Source of the DNA: Schmidtea polychroa
Taxonomy: Eukaryota
NCBI GenBank assembly: GCA_044892525.1
Contig: CM097885.1
Span: forward strand, 71,796,001-71,860,000
DNA length: 64,000 bases
Direction: 5' to 3'
Part shown: piece after piece, positions 13,515-24,847 of the stretch
Position numbering within the stretch: the stretch's first letter is position 1
Layout of the letters: each line of letters starts with the position of its first letter
The notes under the pieces: model-generated
The model's database searches: none
What the model was told of the DNA's origin: nothing
Seen by the model: only the letters and a program-made list of their open reading frames with translations
Program-made: the position numbers and the translations under genes

Positions 13515-15314
13515 TACATTAAATCATATTTTGCAGAAAAGAACTCTTACGTAAACATTATATCAATAAAACAATTGCTCAAACTTTAAGAACTAACATT
13601 TTATATTTGCACCTTTGAATTTATTATTAATAATTATTATGATGTTTAAAAGATATTTGAAATCCTAATTAAAAAATTCAACGTTAGGAGATTGGGAAGT
13701 TTTAATGAAGACTCCAAACATAAGCTTGAATACCATACAGAAATACAATTGAGGAACAATATGGAATGCGACATTGAACACAAGATTCACAAGTCAATGA
13801 TTCCTCTCTTATCCAAGCTAAAGTTTTTAATTCGGAGCTCAAAACATTTATTATCTCCAAATATGTCAATAAGGGGAAAATTATTATAAAGTTTCATTGA
13901 ATTGTAGGTTTTAATTGAATTGCAAATTGTATCCATTGTTGACAGAAAACCGTTGAGTGAATTATCATAATCTGCATCTCCTCATTCAGGGACTCTACCT
14001 TCTCCCCACTATAAATTATGCTTTCAAATGATTGTAATAGGATATGATGAGTGTTATCAATTGCACAGCCTCAACGAGTCAATTTCATTCTGTAACAAAT
14101 TACTGACAACTTTGACAACTCCTTTGATTTCATTTGCCGCAAAATTAGTTAATTCACTAAATGTTGACAATTATATTCTCTGAATCATTGGGAAATAAGC
14201 TTTCGTCAAATTGAGGAACAGTAACGAATTAGTAACAAATTTTGTTGAAATTAACAATAGAAATGGACNNNNNNNNNNNNNNNNNNNNNNNNNNNNNNNN
14301 NNNNNNNNNNNNNNNNNNNNNNNNNNNNNNNNNNNNNNNNNNNNNNNNNNNNNNNNNNNNNNNNNNNNNNNNNNNNNNNNNNNNNNNNNNNNNNNNNNNN
14401 NNNNNNNNNNNNNNNNNNNNNNNNNNNNNNNNNNNNNNNNNNNNNNNNNNNTATATTTTATTATTAAGTAATGATTTCTTGATAGCATCATTAATTAAAT
14501 GTTAAACAATTAAATGATAATTTAAGCCTTTTGTTGCGAAGTATTTATTCAATAAAATGAAAGAATTTTCAACTAAAAAAATTGTCCTTTTCATTTTCCT
14601 GGAATTTAATTGTTTCAATTTTCAAATGTTTTTTGATCATCTCTTTTATTTCCATTTTCTCTTTATTCATTGGTTCAAAATAAAACGTTTTTTAAGAATT
14701 TAAAATTAAATTACAAATTAAAGTTTTTAAAGATTTTACAGCTAGTTCTTAATTTTTTTAATAAATAATATTTGAAAATTGAAACAGCTAAATTCATAAG
14801 GATTATTTTTATAGTCGAAACTTTTATCAATATATTCAATATGTACTTTGCAGAAAATATATATTATAATTTACTTGTTTAACATTTAATTAANNNNNNN
14901 NNNNNNNNNNNNNNNNNNNNNNNNNNNNNNNNNNNNNNNNNNNNNNNNNNNNNNNNNNNNNNNNNNNNNNNNNNNNNNNNNNNNNNNNNNNNNNNNNNNN
15001 NNNNNNNNNNNNNNNNNNNNNNNNNNNNNNNNNNNNNNNNNNNNNNNNNNNNNNNNNNNNNNNNNNNNNNNNNNNNNNNNNNNNNNNNATTTTAAGCTTT
15101 ATAAACCAACTTTTTAACATGGATGAGATTAGATAATGAAAGAATAATTCCATTAAAAGCATTAATACTCTGAAATAAAATTTATACATTTCAAAATTTC
15201 AAAAAACATAATCCTGGATCAATGTAAAACATAAATTGAAAGAGTTAGATATCTTTTTGTTTAAATAATTTGGAATTGGCTGCTTTTGTGAATTAATTAA
15301 AACTTGTTATTTAT

Positions 15315-16454
15315 TTGTTAGTTTCAAGATTTTTGCTGCGAAATTTAAAGATGGATCTAAAGATGGATTTAACTGGCGACCACGTCGAAAATCAAAATAT
15401 CATCGCCATTTCGAAATCGACAAAATCGCAAATGGAATGCCTACCGAAATCATGCCAAGACATGCTCACACTGAACATCAGACGATATGATGGACGAGGT
15501 TTAAAAGAAGCCGAAGAATGGATCAGGGATATAGAAGAATGGTTGCTGATAAATGGACAGCGATCGACAAGCACTTTCGATGTGTTATTAGTGGCAGAAG
15601 CAAAGACATTGTGGGGAAACGTCAGAGAAACAGAAACAACAGGTGTAAAAGTCAAAGTGTGGTTCTTAAATACGTTCACAATTACAAAATCAATAACTGA
15701 CAAAATCAGAGAATTGGCAGCTATGGAACAGGAAGATGATGAAAGGTTTGCAGCTTTTGAGATACGGCTAAGAAAAGCTTTAGCTGAAGTTGTAAATTCA
15801 GGACGATCAGAAGAAGATATTGTTCAAGACCTCATCGCAAATAAAGCACGCGATGCGAGACTGAGGGAGATACTATTGATGAAACCAGAAACAAAAATTG
15901 AAGAAACGAGATCATTGGCAAAAATATTTGAAATTAACAAAAATGTAAACCATAAAACAGAATTTATTAAAGCAATCGGTCAAAGAACATACGCTAGCGT
16001 GACTGAGGGAGGGAAGATGAAAATTCAAAAGAATACCCAAGATCCCATGCCTACATCACCAAAATGAAGACCAGCAGAAGACCCATTTAGTCACCACAGA
16101 TCAAGAAGAGACGAACATCCTATACGCGGACCAATACAATACGAAGGAAATAGCCATGGTCGTCGAGAACAATCTCCAAAAGAACAATTCTTCAGAAATA
16201 CGAGAATCCCGAATAGCTCAGAAAGGAAGCTACCGACAATATCCATGAAGAATATAGCAAGGAGGCTGTACAACGAAAGTAGGGGACTACCACAAGCATC
16301 GGTCCCAAAATTAACGGTAGGTGATTGTTTTTGCTGTGGCGAAAGGGGACATAAAAGGTATGAGTGTCCACTGGGAAATAAATGCCTGATATGTGGCAAG
16401 GAAGGACACGGGTTCCGAGATTCTTTTTCGTTACGGAAAGATGTTCCACACTGA
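15315..16454 (+). pseudogene. gag: Gypsy gag with two CCHC-type knuckles, interrupted by an in-frame TGA at 16065-16067
   Basis: ORFs 15315-16067 and 16245-16454 are in the same frame; CFCCGERGHKRYEC and CLICGKEGHGFRDS (last Cys lost). Confidence 0.85.
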
Positions 16455-16705
16455 TATCAAAGAATAGCGTGCATAGAAGAAGAAGATTCAAAATCTGAAA
16501 CAAGAGATTACACCGAGAACAGCCAGGATTTCAGAATGGATCACAGCAATATGGAAAATAGATACAGTGTCCCTGAGAAATATACTATATTGAGAGAAGA
16601 CGGAAAAAACATCAGCGACTCCATGGGTTTCATTTCGTCGGTGGAGTCAAGACAATAAATTGTGAAATAAGAAATAAACGACGAAGAGACGAGGTAGAAG
16701 AAAAG

Positions 16706-18664
16706 ATGTACCAGACGAAAGATGGAAGAAATTGGAGTAAAATAATGTTGAATAATGCCGAAACAGAGATGTTATGGGATTCTGGAGCATCAGTAACAGT
16801 CATGAGCAAGAATTTGTGGGAGAAAATAGGCAAACCAGAACTTAAACGTAGTATGATATTATTGTGCGGAGTTTTTTCAACTGGAGGTGAAGAAGCAATG
16901 GGATACATGACTATACCGGCCACATGGAATCAGAAGACCAAAATAATCACAGTAGTAGTGGTAAAAGAGATCAAACCCGAATTCATAGGGGGCATTGATA
17001 CAATGAAAGAGTTTGGAGTAAAGTTAGTGAAAATCAATAATATAGAAACGTCATTGATAAACAAAATTTACACTGATGAAAAAAGAATAAATAAAGCACT
17101 AGTGGCGATGGCAGGTGAGAATAATAAAGATATTGAAGGAATGATCAGGGAATTCGGCGGAATTTTTATGGCATCGAAATTCGATCTGGGATTAACAAAC
17201 TTAGTTCGACATGAGATGCGGATAACAGGAAGCCCAATAATGCAACATCCTCGACGTCAAATAATGCACATGGAGAAAAGGATTGAAGAACTGATAAAAG
17301 AGTTAATGAAAGCAAATGTTATTCGGTGTTGCAAGAGTCCTTGGAATGCCCCGTTAGTGATAGTAGGGAAGAAAGATGGATCTATCAAGATGTGTGTAGA
17401 TTATCGTGGATTAAATTCTATAACAGAAAAAGAGTCATTTCCTATGCCTAACAACAAATTCTTACTAGACTGTCTCGCGAATGCAAAAATATTTTCGTCA
17501 ATCGATTTAGGTCAGGCTTATAATCAAGTGGAGTTGGCTCCAGAAATTCAAGAAATGACTGCATTCAGTACAAGAGAAGGACAATTTTGCTTCAATAGAC
17601 CACCTTTTGGCTTAGCAACAGCTCCTGTGACATTCCAGAGACTGATGCACACAGTGCTAGAAGGAATGCTATTCAAGGGAGTAGTAGTTTATCTAGATGA
17701 TATCTTGGTATATGGTAAAAGTCAAAAAGATCACGATGAGCTATTAAGGGAAATATTCAGAAGAATTCAAGTGGCAGGACTGAAGATAAATCCAGAAAAA
17801 TGCAAATTCAATAAAACAGAATTGTGTTTCCTTGGTCACACAATTAACGAGAAGGGTATCCAGATCGAGAAAGCAGAAGTACCAAAAGGTTCAAAACAAT
17901 TGAGATCGTTTCTCGGATTAACGAACTACTATAGAAGATTCATCAAAGACTATGCCAAAATCGCCGAACCACTATACGCTGCAACATCTGGATGCGATAA
18001 AGATATAAATTGGACTAAAGAATGCAATGAGAGCTTCCAAACTCTGAAGAGACGGTTTTTCGAAGCACCTATCCTTGATTTTCCAAGAGAAGATAGGACT
18101 TTTATCTTAGACACAGACGCTAGTTTCGGAGCCATTGGTGCAGTTTTTAGTCAAATTACGGAAGATGGAGAAGAATCTGTCATAGCTTATGGCTCGAGAC
18201 ATATGTCATCACATGAAAATGGATACTGTGTAACCAGGAAAGAACTGCTCGCCGTACATGAATACGTCATGCATTTTAGAGAATATCTGTACGGGAAAAA
18301 ATTCATAATTCGCACCGACCACAAGTCATTGGTTTTCATGAACACTACAAAAACGCCAATCAGTCCGCAGTTCCAAACATGGTTAGCTAACCTGTCGGAA
18401 TATGATTTTGAACTAAAATATCGGAAAGGCGAAGAACACTCGAATGCAGATGGACTATCAAGATTAAAAAGTATGGTTTGCACCCAGTGTCAAACAAGAC
18501 ATGAAGAAGCNNNNNNNNNNNNNNNNNNNNNNNNNNNNNNNNNNNNNNNNNNNNNNNNNNNNNNNNNNNNNNNNNNNNNNNNNNNNNNNNNNNNNNNNNN
18601 NNNNNNNNNNNNNNNNNNNNNNNNNNNNNNNNNNNNNNNNNNNNNNNNNNNNNNNNNNCTATGA
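16706..18664 (+). CDS. pol: Gypsy pol: protease, reverse transcriptase, RNase H (3' part lost in an N gap)
   Basis: LWDSGA, SPWNAP, CVDYRGLN, YLDDIL, FLGH, DTDAS, TDHKSL motifs. Confidence 0.93.
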   Translation: MYQTKDGRNWSKIMLNNAETEMLWDSGASVTVMSKNLWEKIGKPELKRSMILLCGVFSTGGEEAMGYMTIPATWNQKTKIITVVVVKEIKPEFIGGIDTMKEFGVKLVKINNIETSLINKIYTDEKRINKALVAMAGENNKDIEGMIREFGGIFMASKFDLGLTNLVRHEMRITGSPIMQHPRRQIMHMEKRIEELIKELMKANVIRCCKSPWNAPLVIVGKKDGSIKMCVDYRGLNSITEKESFPMPNNKFLLDCLANAKIFSSIDLGQAYNQVELAPEIQEMTAFSTREGQFCFNRPPFGLATAPVTFQRLMHTVLEGMLFKGVVVYLDDILVYGKSQKDHDELLREIFRRIQVAGLKINPEKCKFNKTELCFLGHTINEKGIQIEKAEVPKGSKQLRSFLGLTNYYRRFIKDYAKIAEPLYAATSGCDKDINWTKECNESFQTLKRRFFEAPILDFPREDRTFILDTDASFGAIGAVFSQITEDGEESVIAYGSRHMSSHENGYCVTRKELLAVHEYVMHFREYLYGKKFIIRTDHKSLVFMNTTKTPISPQFQTWLANLSEYDFELKYRKGEEHSNADGLSRLKSMVCTQCQTRHEEXXXXXXXXXXXXXXXXXXXXXXXXXXXXXXXXXXXXXXXXXXXXXXXXXXL

Positions 18665-18879
18665 AAAATGTATGGGAACAACAACAAAAGGACATTTGGT
18701 TTCGAGAGCTGCGAGATATATTGGAAAATGGATGTACACGGGAGAAAAAGAATTGTTTTCTTTTTAACGTAAAAAATACATGAATTGATCGAGGATTAAT
18801 AACAGTAGAACAAAATACCTTAAACAAAAATATCTTAATGTTAGTCCCAGAAACATTTGCAGGTCTGTTAACAACAACG

Positions 18880-19824
18880 CTACATGAAGAACTATGTCAC
18901 ATTGAAGTTAAGGAAATATTTCATTATATGGAAAAGATATTTTATTGGCCGAAAATGCAAGAAACAATCCAACTCTGTTTACGATGTTGCGAGATCTGAG
19001 CTAAGAGAAAGATCGATCAGACAAGAACCAAGGAAACATTTATTCCTAGATATAGCTCTGAATTCCTAGAACAGATTGTTATAGATGTGACTTACATGGA
19101 AATAAACGCCATAAAAATATATATGGTAGTAATGGTGGACCGTTTTAGCAAACTGATTTCTTTAACTGCAATCACAAAGCAAGACGAAGGGACCATTTTC
19201 AAAACAATACTTAATAGTTGGATCTATCGATTTGGAAAACCGAAGAGCATTTTAACAGATAGAGGCCAAAATTTCGAAGGGAATTTCCTAAGACAGAAGC
19301 TACAGAAACTTGGAATCAAACAGGAATTCAGCTCACCTTACCAGCACCAATCAAATGGTTTAGCCGAAAGAGCCATACGAACGATAAGAGATCTTATTAC
19401 AGCAACATTGGCAAGCGGATGTGAAGAGAGAAACTGGCACGAACTTCTACCCAGAATAGAGTTCACTATAAATAACAGTCGACAAAGTGCTACAGGTTTA
19501 TCACCATTTGAGATAATTTATGGACGGAGTGTTAACCTACACTCTAACCTGAAACAAGCTGAGATATCAAGAAGCGAAAGAATCGAAGACGCGAGATTTA
19601 ACTCGAGTAAAGCCACAGACACTATGAGAGCTATGGATAAGACAATGAGGGGCACTCGTGTTTTCGAGGTGGGGAGGAGGTACTCGTACGTAAAGAGCCA
19701 CAGAACAGGCGCAAGGATGGTATGCAATACGATGGCCCATATAAAATCGCCAGATTTCTATCACCTCATCGAGTCGAACTACATTCACAAGAAGGAACGA
19801 AAGAAAGAAGAATCGAGTGGCTGA
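18880..19824 (+). pseudogene. Gypsy integrase (HHCC region disrupted, DDE core in 19087-19824)
   Basis: H..C H..FYWPKM..C..C zinc-binding region; TDRGQNF; SSPYQHQSNGLAERAIRT; TGLSPFEIIYG. Confidence 0.88.
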
Positions 19825-22019
19825 TGAAGTGGAAAAATTCTTAAGAAGAGGGAAAAGTTAGATATCTTTCTGTTTAAATAATTTGGAATTGGCGGTTTTT
19901 GTGAATTAATTAAAACTTGTTATTTATAAATTCTTTAATTAAATATATATTGTTAGTTTCAAGATTTTTGCTGCGAAATTTAAAGATGGATCTAAAGATG
20001 GATTTAACTGAAAGGAAAAGTGTAGAAGAAATGAAAGGATTTTAATCGGATTGAATTACAAGAAAATGGTTAAAAGAGTGTGAAAATTGTATAAACGAAA
20101 ATTAATTTTGCAGTGAAATTGTAACAATGATAGTGAATATAAATATTATTAGCGATTCCCAGATAATGTCTATAATAAGTTTAGATCGGTCATTCTTTTC
20201 TATTGAATCTGAATTTCCTTTGATCGTTTTAATGACTGTTTTTTTCTTAATTCAGTAGCACATGTGATTTTCGAAGGCATCACATATTCCACTAAAGTTA
20301 AAAGGGAGAATGAACACCAAAAGGAACTACCCAGTTTATTTTTGTTGATAGCACTTCAAGACTGGATAGACACAAAATAAATATTGTTTTATCAAATTTC
20401 GTTTTTGTTTGTTTAAGCTAGCAATTTCCAAACTATTTTTACCAAGGTCACTTATTTATTTAAAACTTTTGGTTGAACCCTTACTTAGTGAATATTTTAT
20501 AAAGCTTTCACTTCGTTATCTTTTTTATTAATAACAAGAAAAGCTTCATAAATCAAGATAAAAGCATTCCATATAAATTAAGTCCTGCCAGCTCTGGTTA
20601 ACAAAATTTTAATGCAATACTAATGCAATACTAATGCAATACTAATGCAATAGAAACGGTAAAGGCTTTTTGTATTTTTGAAATTAGATTAGCAAGGATT
20701 TATTTGAGTTCGTGGAACCTACTTTCGGAAAAGCTTGTTAAAACAATGCTAAATTTGTACCATATAAAAATTAAATGTTAATAATTAACAAGGTTGGTTA
20801 CAAAGATAACACGAAAGACAACTCAATAGACAAAAATAAAGAATCCTATCAAAGAATATATATAATTAGACAAAGAAAACGCAATAGTGATAAAATAATA
20901 TTGAAAGAGATAGTGAGTAAGGAAGAAATAGCAATTATTACTAATTGTTGTTTGAAAGAATGAATATGGACTGATGAGAAATTGATATTGCTAGAAGATA
21001 CGTTGTTGAAATTGTCAGTGATCAAAGTAAAATTTGCTGTAGTACGAATTAAAATACAGCATCTTTCGGGTAAAGTAAAGTCGGATATTATAAAAACTTT
21101 GATTTAGTAAAGTTATTGTTTGACAATAGGGCTTGTGCTGTAGTATTTGGTCCATTTTAAGGAAACCGGCTATTATAAAATCTGGTTAAAAAAAGAATTT
21201 TCTGGCAAAAGGCATTTTATTATATCCTCAAGTCACTGAGTAAAAGCAAAGTAATGCAAGAGGTTGACTTGGTTGTACCAAAATACAGACAAATAATTGT
21301 ATATTAAAGTTTTAGAGAGTGATATTCTTCACCAAGTGTCATAATATTATTTTGTTTTGTATATTTAACAATGTGAGGACGAGATTGTATTAAATTTTAA
21401 TATTTTAAAGTCCTTTGTTTTATTAAAGCACTTCAGTAGTCAGATTTAATAAATTATTTTCATATTTTAAGTTCCACTAAATTTATTTTTCCTTCTTATT
21501 ACACAAATCCATTAACAAAACCCCCTTAAATTTATTTAATCAAAAAATTGTATGCACTTCGCGAATTGTTTAAATATAATTGAAAAGATTTTTCTTAGGG
21601 AGAAAAAAATATTTATTCTACTGAGATTTGTCAACAGTGTAATTCACTTCAGTAATCCACGTCCTGGGAATAAATTTATGTCCAATCAGTCAGATTGTCT
21701 TTTACAAGTTTTTCCTCGACATTTTTTCAGTAATTTGGAATTATTGGGAATTTTTCGAGTATTCGCCGTTAATATGGAGTATTTAGAGTAATCTCCTTAC
21801 CAGTTTAGGATGCCTATAACATTCAATTGAAATATTTGTTTTAATGAATCATCATTTAAATTATTCACTTGAAAGTCAAATGATTTTCTTCATTAAATTT
21901 TAGGGAATAATATCAATTTAATATTTAACTTTTGTTATATATATATATATATATATATATATTAGCAAGAACATCACAGAGAATATTTTTAACAACTATT
22001 TATACAGATCTTTTGACTC

Positions 22020-23450
22020 GAAATGCTTTTCTTTTATAACTCCATTCATCGAATTCATATATTGTTTTCAAGTGCGTATCATCATTCAGCTAATGAAATG
22101 ATTGAAAGACAATTTAGAACAATACGAAATCCCATCCAAATTTTCTTGAAAGTTAAAATCTATAAAAAATATATAAAGAATAGCAAGCAGATGGATTGGC
22201 CACGGCTAGATCAGGTGTCAACTGGACAAAACCACCCTTATTGAATTTTCACGAAATCAAATCAACTCTCCAATGAATCAATGTAGGTCATAGACATGCA
22301 TACACGAAAGAAGGAAAGGCCGAATTTTGTTATTTTCTGTATATCTATGAAAATATTAATTTATTAAAATAATTTATTTGAATTTACCGATTGTGAATTT
22401 CTTTCAGCAAATTCTAATGTTTTGTAATTTAATGAATAAATTTGTCATACTCACACTTTTGAGTAGGAAAAGCGACTGTTTGTGTATATGTCTTAGGTGC
22501 AAAATTTAAGGGTGATAAATATTTTTAAAATTAGTTAGATTTATTACATTTAATACACACATGTCCTATGATAACAAGTTATATGTATTTAGAAAGAGAA
22601 AGCAGATCTCCACATTGTGGTATTATTTAGACCTTCAAGAGTTAGAATACGGTTTATCAAAATATTCAAGAGTTCTAATTTTTTCTATTCACTCAAAATC
22701 AAAAGGTTCCCAAACTTTTATGGTCATAATTTTTGGTGTGTAGATAAAGTCATGTGTGCTCTACATTATGCTGAGTTATTTTTCAAAGTGTTCAAAATTT
22801 GGGTTTTCTCAAACATGATTTAAAAGATTGATGTTGGATCATACCTTACAAGGTTTAACAGGGATCAAAGGTCATTTTGATTTGAACTCCATAAAAACAC
22901 TGAACAATTTCAAGAAAAAACCTTGAAAACCATGAAAAATCAATAAATTTGAGTTAACCTACATGAAAATATTAGTTTTTTTAGAGAAAAAAAGATCTTC
23001 AGCTGAGGGTTTTGTTCATTGAAGACGTGATCTGGCGCTGGCTAATCCATCTACTATGGCAGTCAAACTATAAACAAGATTCGAACCCGGAAGAGTATAT
23101 AGAAATATAAAATAAAGAAAGAAAAATAATTGCTATACAAATAGAAAAGAATGAATGAAAAATTTTTATTATAATGAGTCTCTAACTAATAAATAATTCG
23201 CTTTCGGTGATAAAGTATGAAATCCATACTATGGATAAAGGAGAATGTAATTACAAAAGATGATAATAGATATGATGGTCCTGGAGAAATAATTGAGAAA
23301 AGGGAAGATCAAACCTACGTGATTGAAATGCCAGTATGAAAAATAAAAACAAGAAATGTAGAATGGCTAAAAGAATTTAAAAACTAAAAGTATATTTTAA
23401 AGGATGGGGGGTGTAAGATGTATTTAAAAATATTATATATTCGTATGTTT
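22020..23450 (+). mobile_element. Degraded Gypsy integrase 3' end with PPT and LTR start
   Basis: SAYHHSANEMIERQFRTI; YDGPGEII...RNVEWLKEF; purine tract AAGGATGGGGGG followed by TGTAAG at about 23411. Confidence 0.6.
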
Positions 23451-24847
23451 GTGGTATGTTGAAATTGTTTAATTACATCACTTGGAATATTATTTATATT
23501 TATTTAAATTCACATATATTATATTGGAAAATTATTTTTGTTTTAATAATATATTCTTGAAACAACTTATGATTAAAATTAAATCTTCTTCTAATAATTA
23601 TTATTACTGATCATAATAAAAATTAAAGAGAGCATATGATTTTTTCGCATTTGTAACGCCGTATTTAAAAATAAAGTGTAATATAATTAGAATGTAAAGT
23701 AATGTTTATTAAAAATTATTAAAAGTTTTAATTGTTTAATTTTCATTGAGTGTTTAAAACTAAAATCTATTTTTTAATTAAATATGTATTTAATATTTGT
23801 TAATTATTTGGTCTTTTATTTTTAAAATTTTTTTAATTTGTTCAAATGAACAATTTACAATAAATATATTTTTTCTTTTGTACCTGACAATGGCAGTAAA
23901 CATGTCGAAATATAGTGTACAAGAGATGTTCGAGTGTCATTTTTTAATATTATTATTATTTATTGAATGAAAAATATTCTTTTAAACAAATTTATAATTT
24001 ATGAAATGGTTAATGCATAAATAAATTATAAATATATTTTGTTTTAATAATGTGGTTACCGGTAATAAAAATCAATATATAGACATTATGTTGATTATAC
24101 AAATGGCGAAAATAAATATTGTAATAATGATGATAATAATAATTATTATTATTAATAAGGTTATTTTATTTATTATTATTTTCATCAATTTTGACTTTTC
24201 TTTTACTAAAATAGTTTTATCGTTTAAAAAATTTGATAAATTTTGTATGCAATAGAATTAAAAATTAAAATATTAAATATATATATATATATTGCGAATA
24301 ACTTTTGTTTTATTTCACTCCATCATTAAGAATAAAAATATATATTAAATTATTACTAATAATAGTCAGGGGCTAATTTTCGATTAAAAAAATAATTGTC
24401 TAAAGTGAATATAAAATCAAAAGATTTCAATATTTTCAAAAATTACATAAAAAATAAATTTTCACAAGATTTTCATCCTTAATTTTTTTCCTGATGAAGT
24501 TTTTTATTGCTATATGTTGTGTGTAAAATATTAAAAATAATATTAATGGGCAGTCCTAAAAAAGGAAGAGAACGGAAATTATATTTTATTACTTTTGATA
24601 ATAATTTATTCCGTATAATGTTCATAAAATATCATCAAAACTTATTTTCTCCAATTTAATGTATTTATTTTTATTTGTCATTAAAATTTTCCAAATGAGA
24701 AAATTTAGAAATTTTTATACAGCTGATATAATGTTTCAAATATACAGTCAAACCTACGTGAGTGTAAAAATCTAATAACTACAGAAATGGGTAATAATTA
24801 CTAATAATTATTAATAAATATATATTATTAATAGTTATTATTAACAC

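Larger units (their letters stand above)
15243..20009 (+). mobile_element. Ty3/Gypsy LTR retrotransposon, structurally complete but with stops and frameshifts
   Basis: LTRs 15243-15374 and 19856-20009 (AGTTA...TAACT); 5-bp TSD GAAAG; PBS TGGCGACCAC overlapping the LTR end; PPT AAGAAGAGGGAAA 19843-19855; gag-PR-RT-RH-IN order. Confidence 0.95.

Noticed and set aside
8040-15189. ORFs containing long X runs (also 18387-18827, 37767-38148, 47763-48059)
   Set aside because: They are open only because they cross N gaps.
15392-19788. Short antisense and alternate-frame ORFs over the Gypsy element; likewise over the hAT transposase and Maverick genes
   Set aside because: Shadow ORFs of real coding strands with no recognisable motifs.
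23076-23092. B-box-like GGGTTCGAATC on the minus strand
   Set aside because: No A box or cloverleaf; lies within a Gypsy integrase relic.
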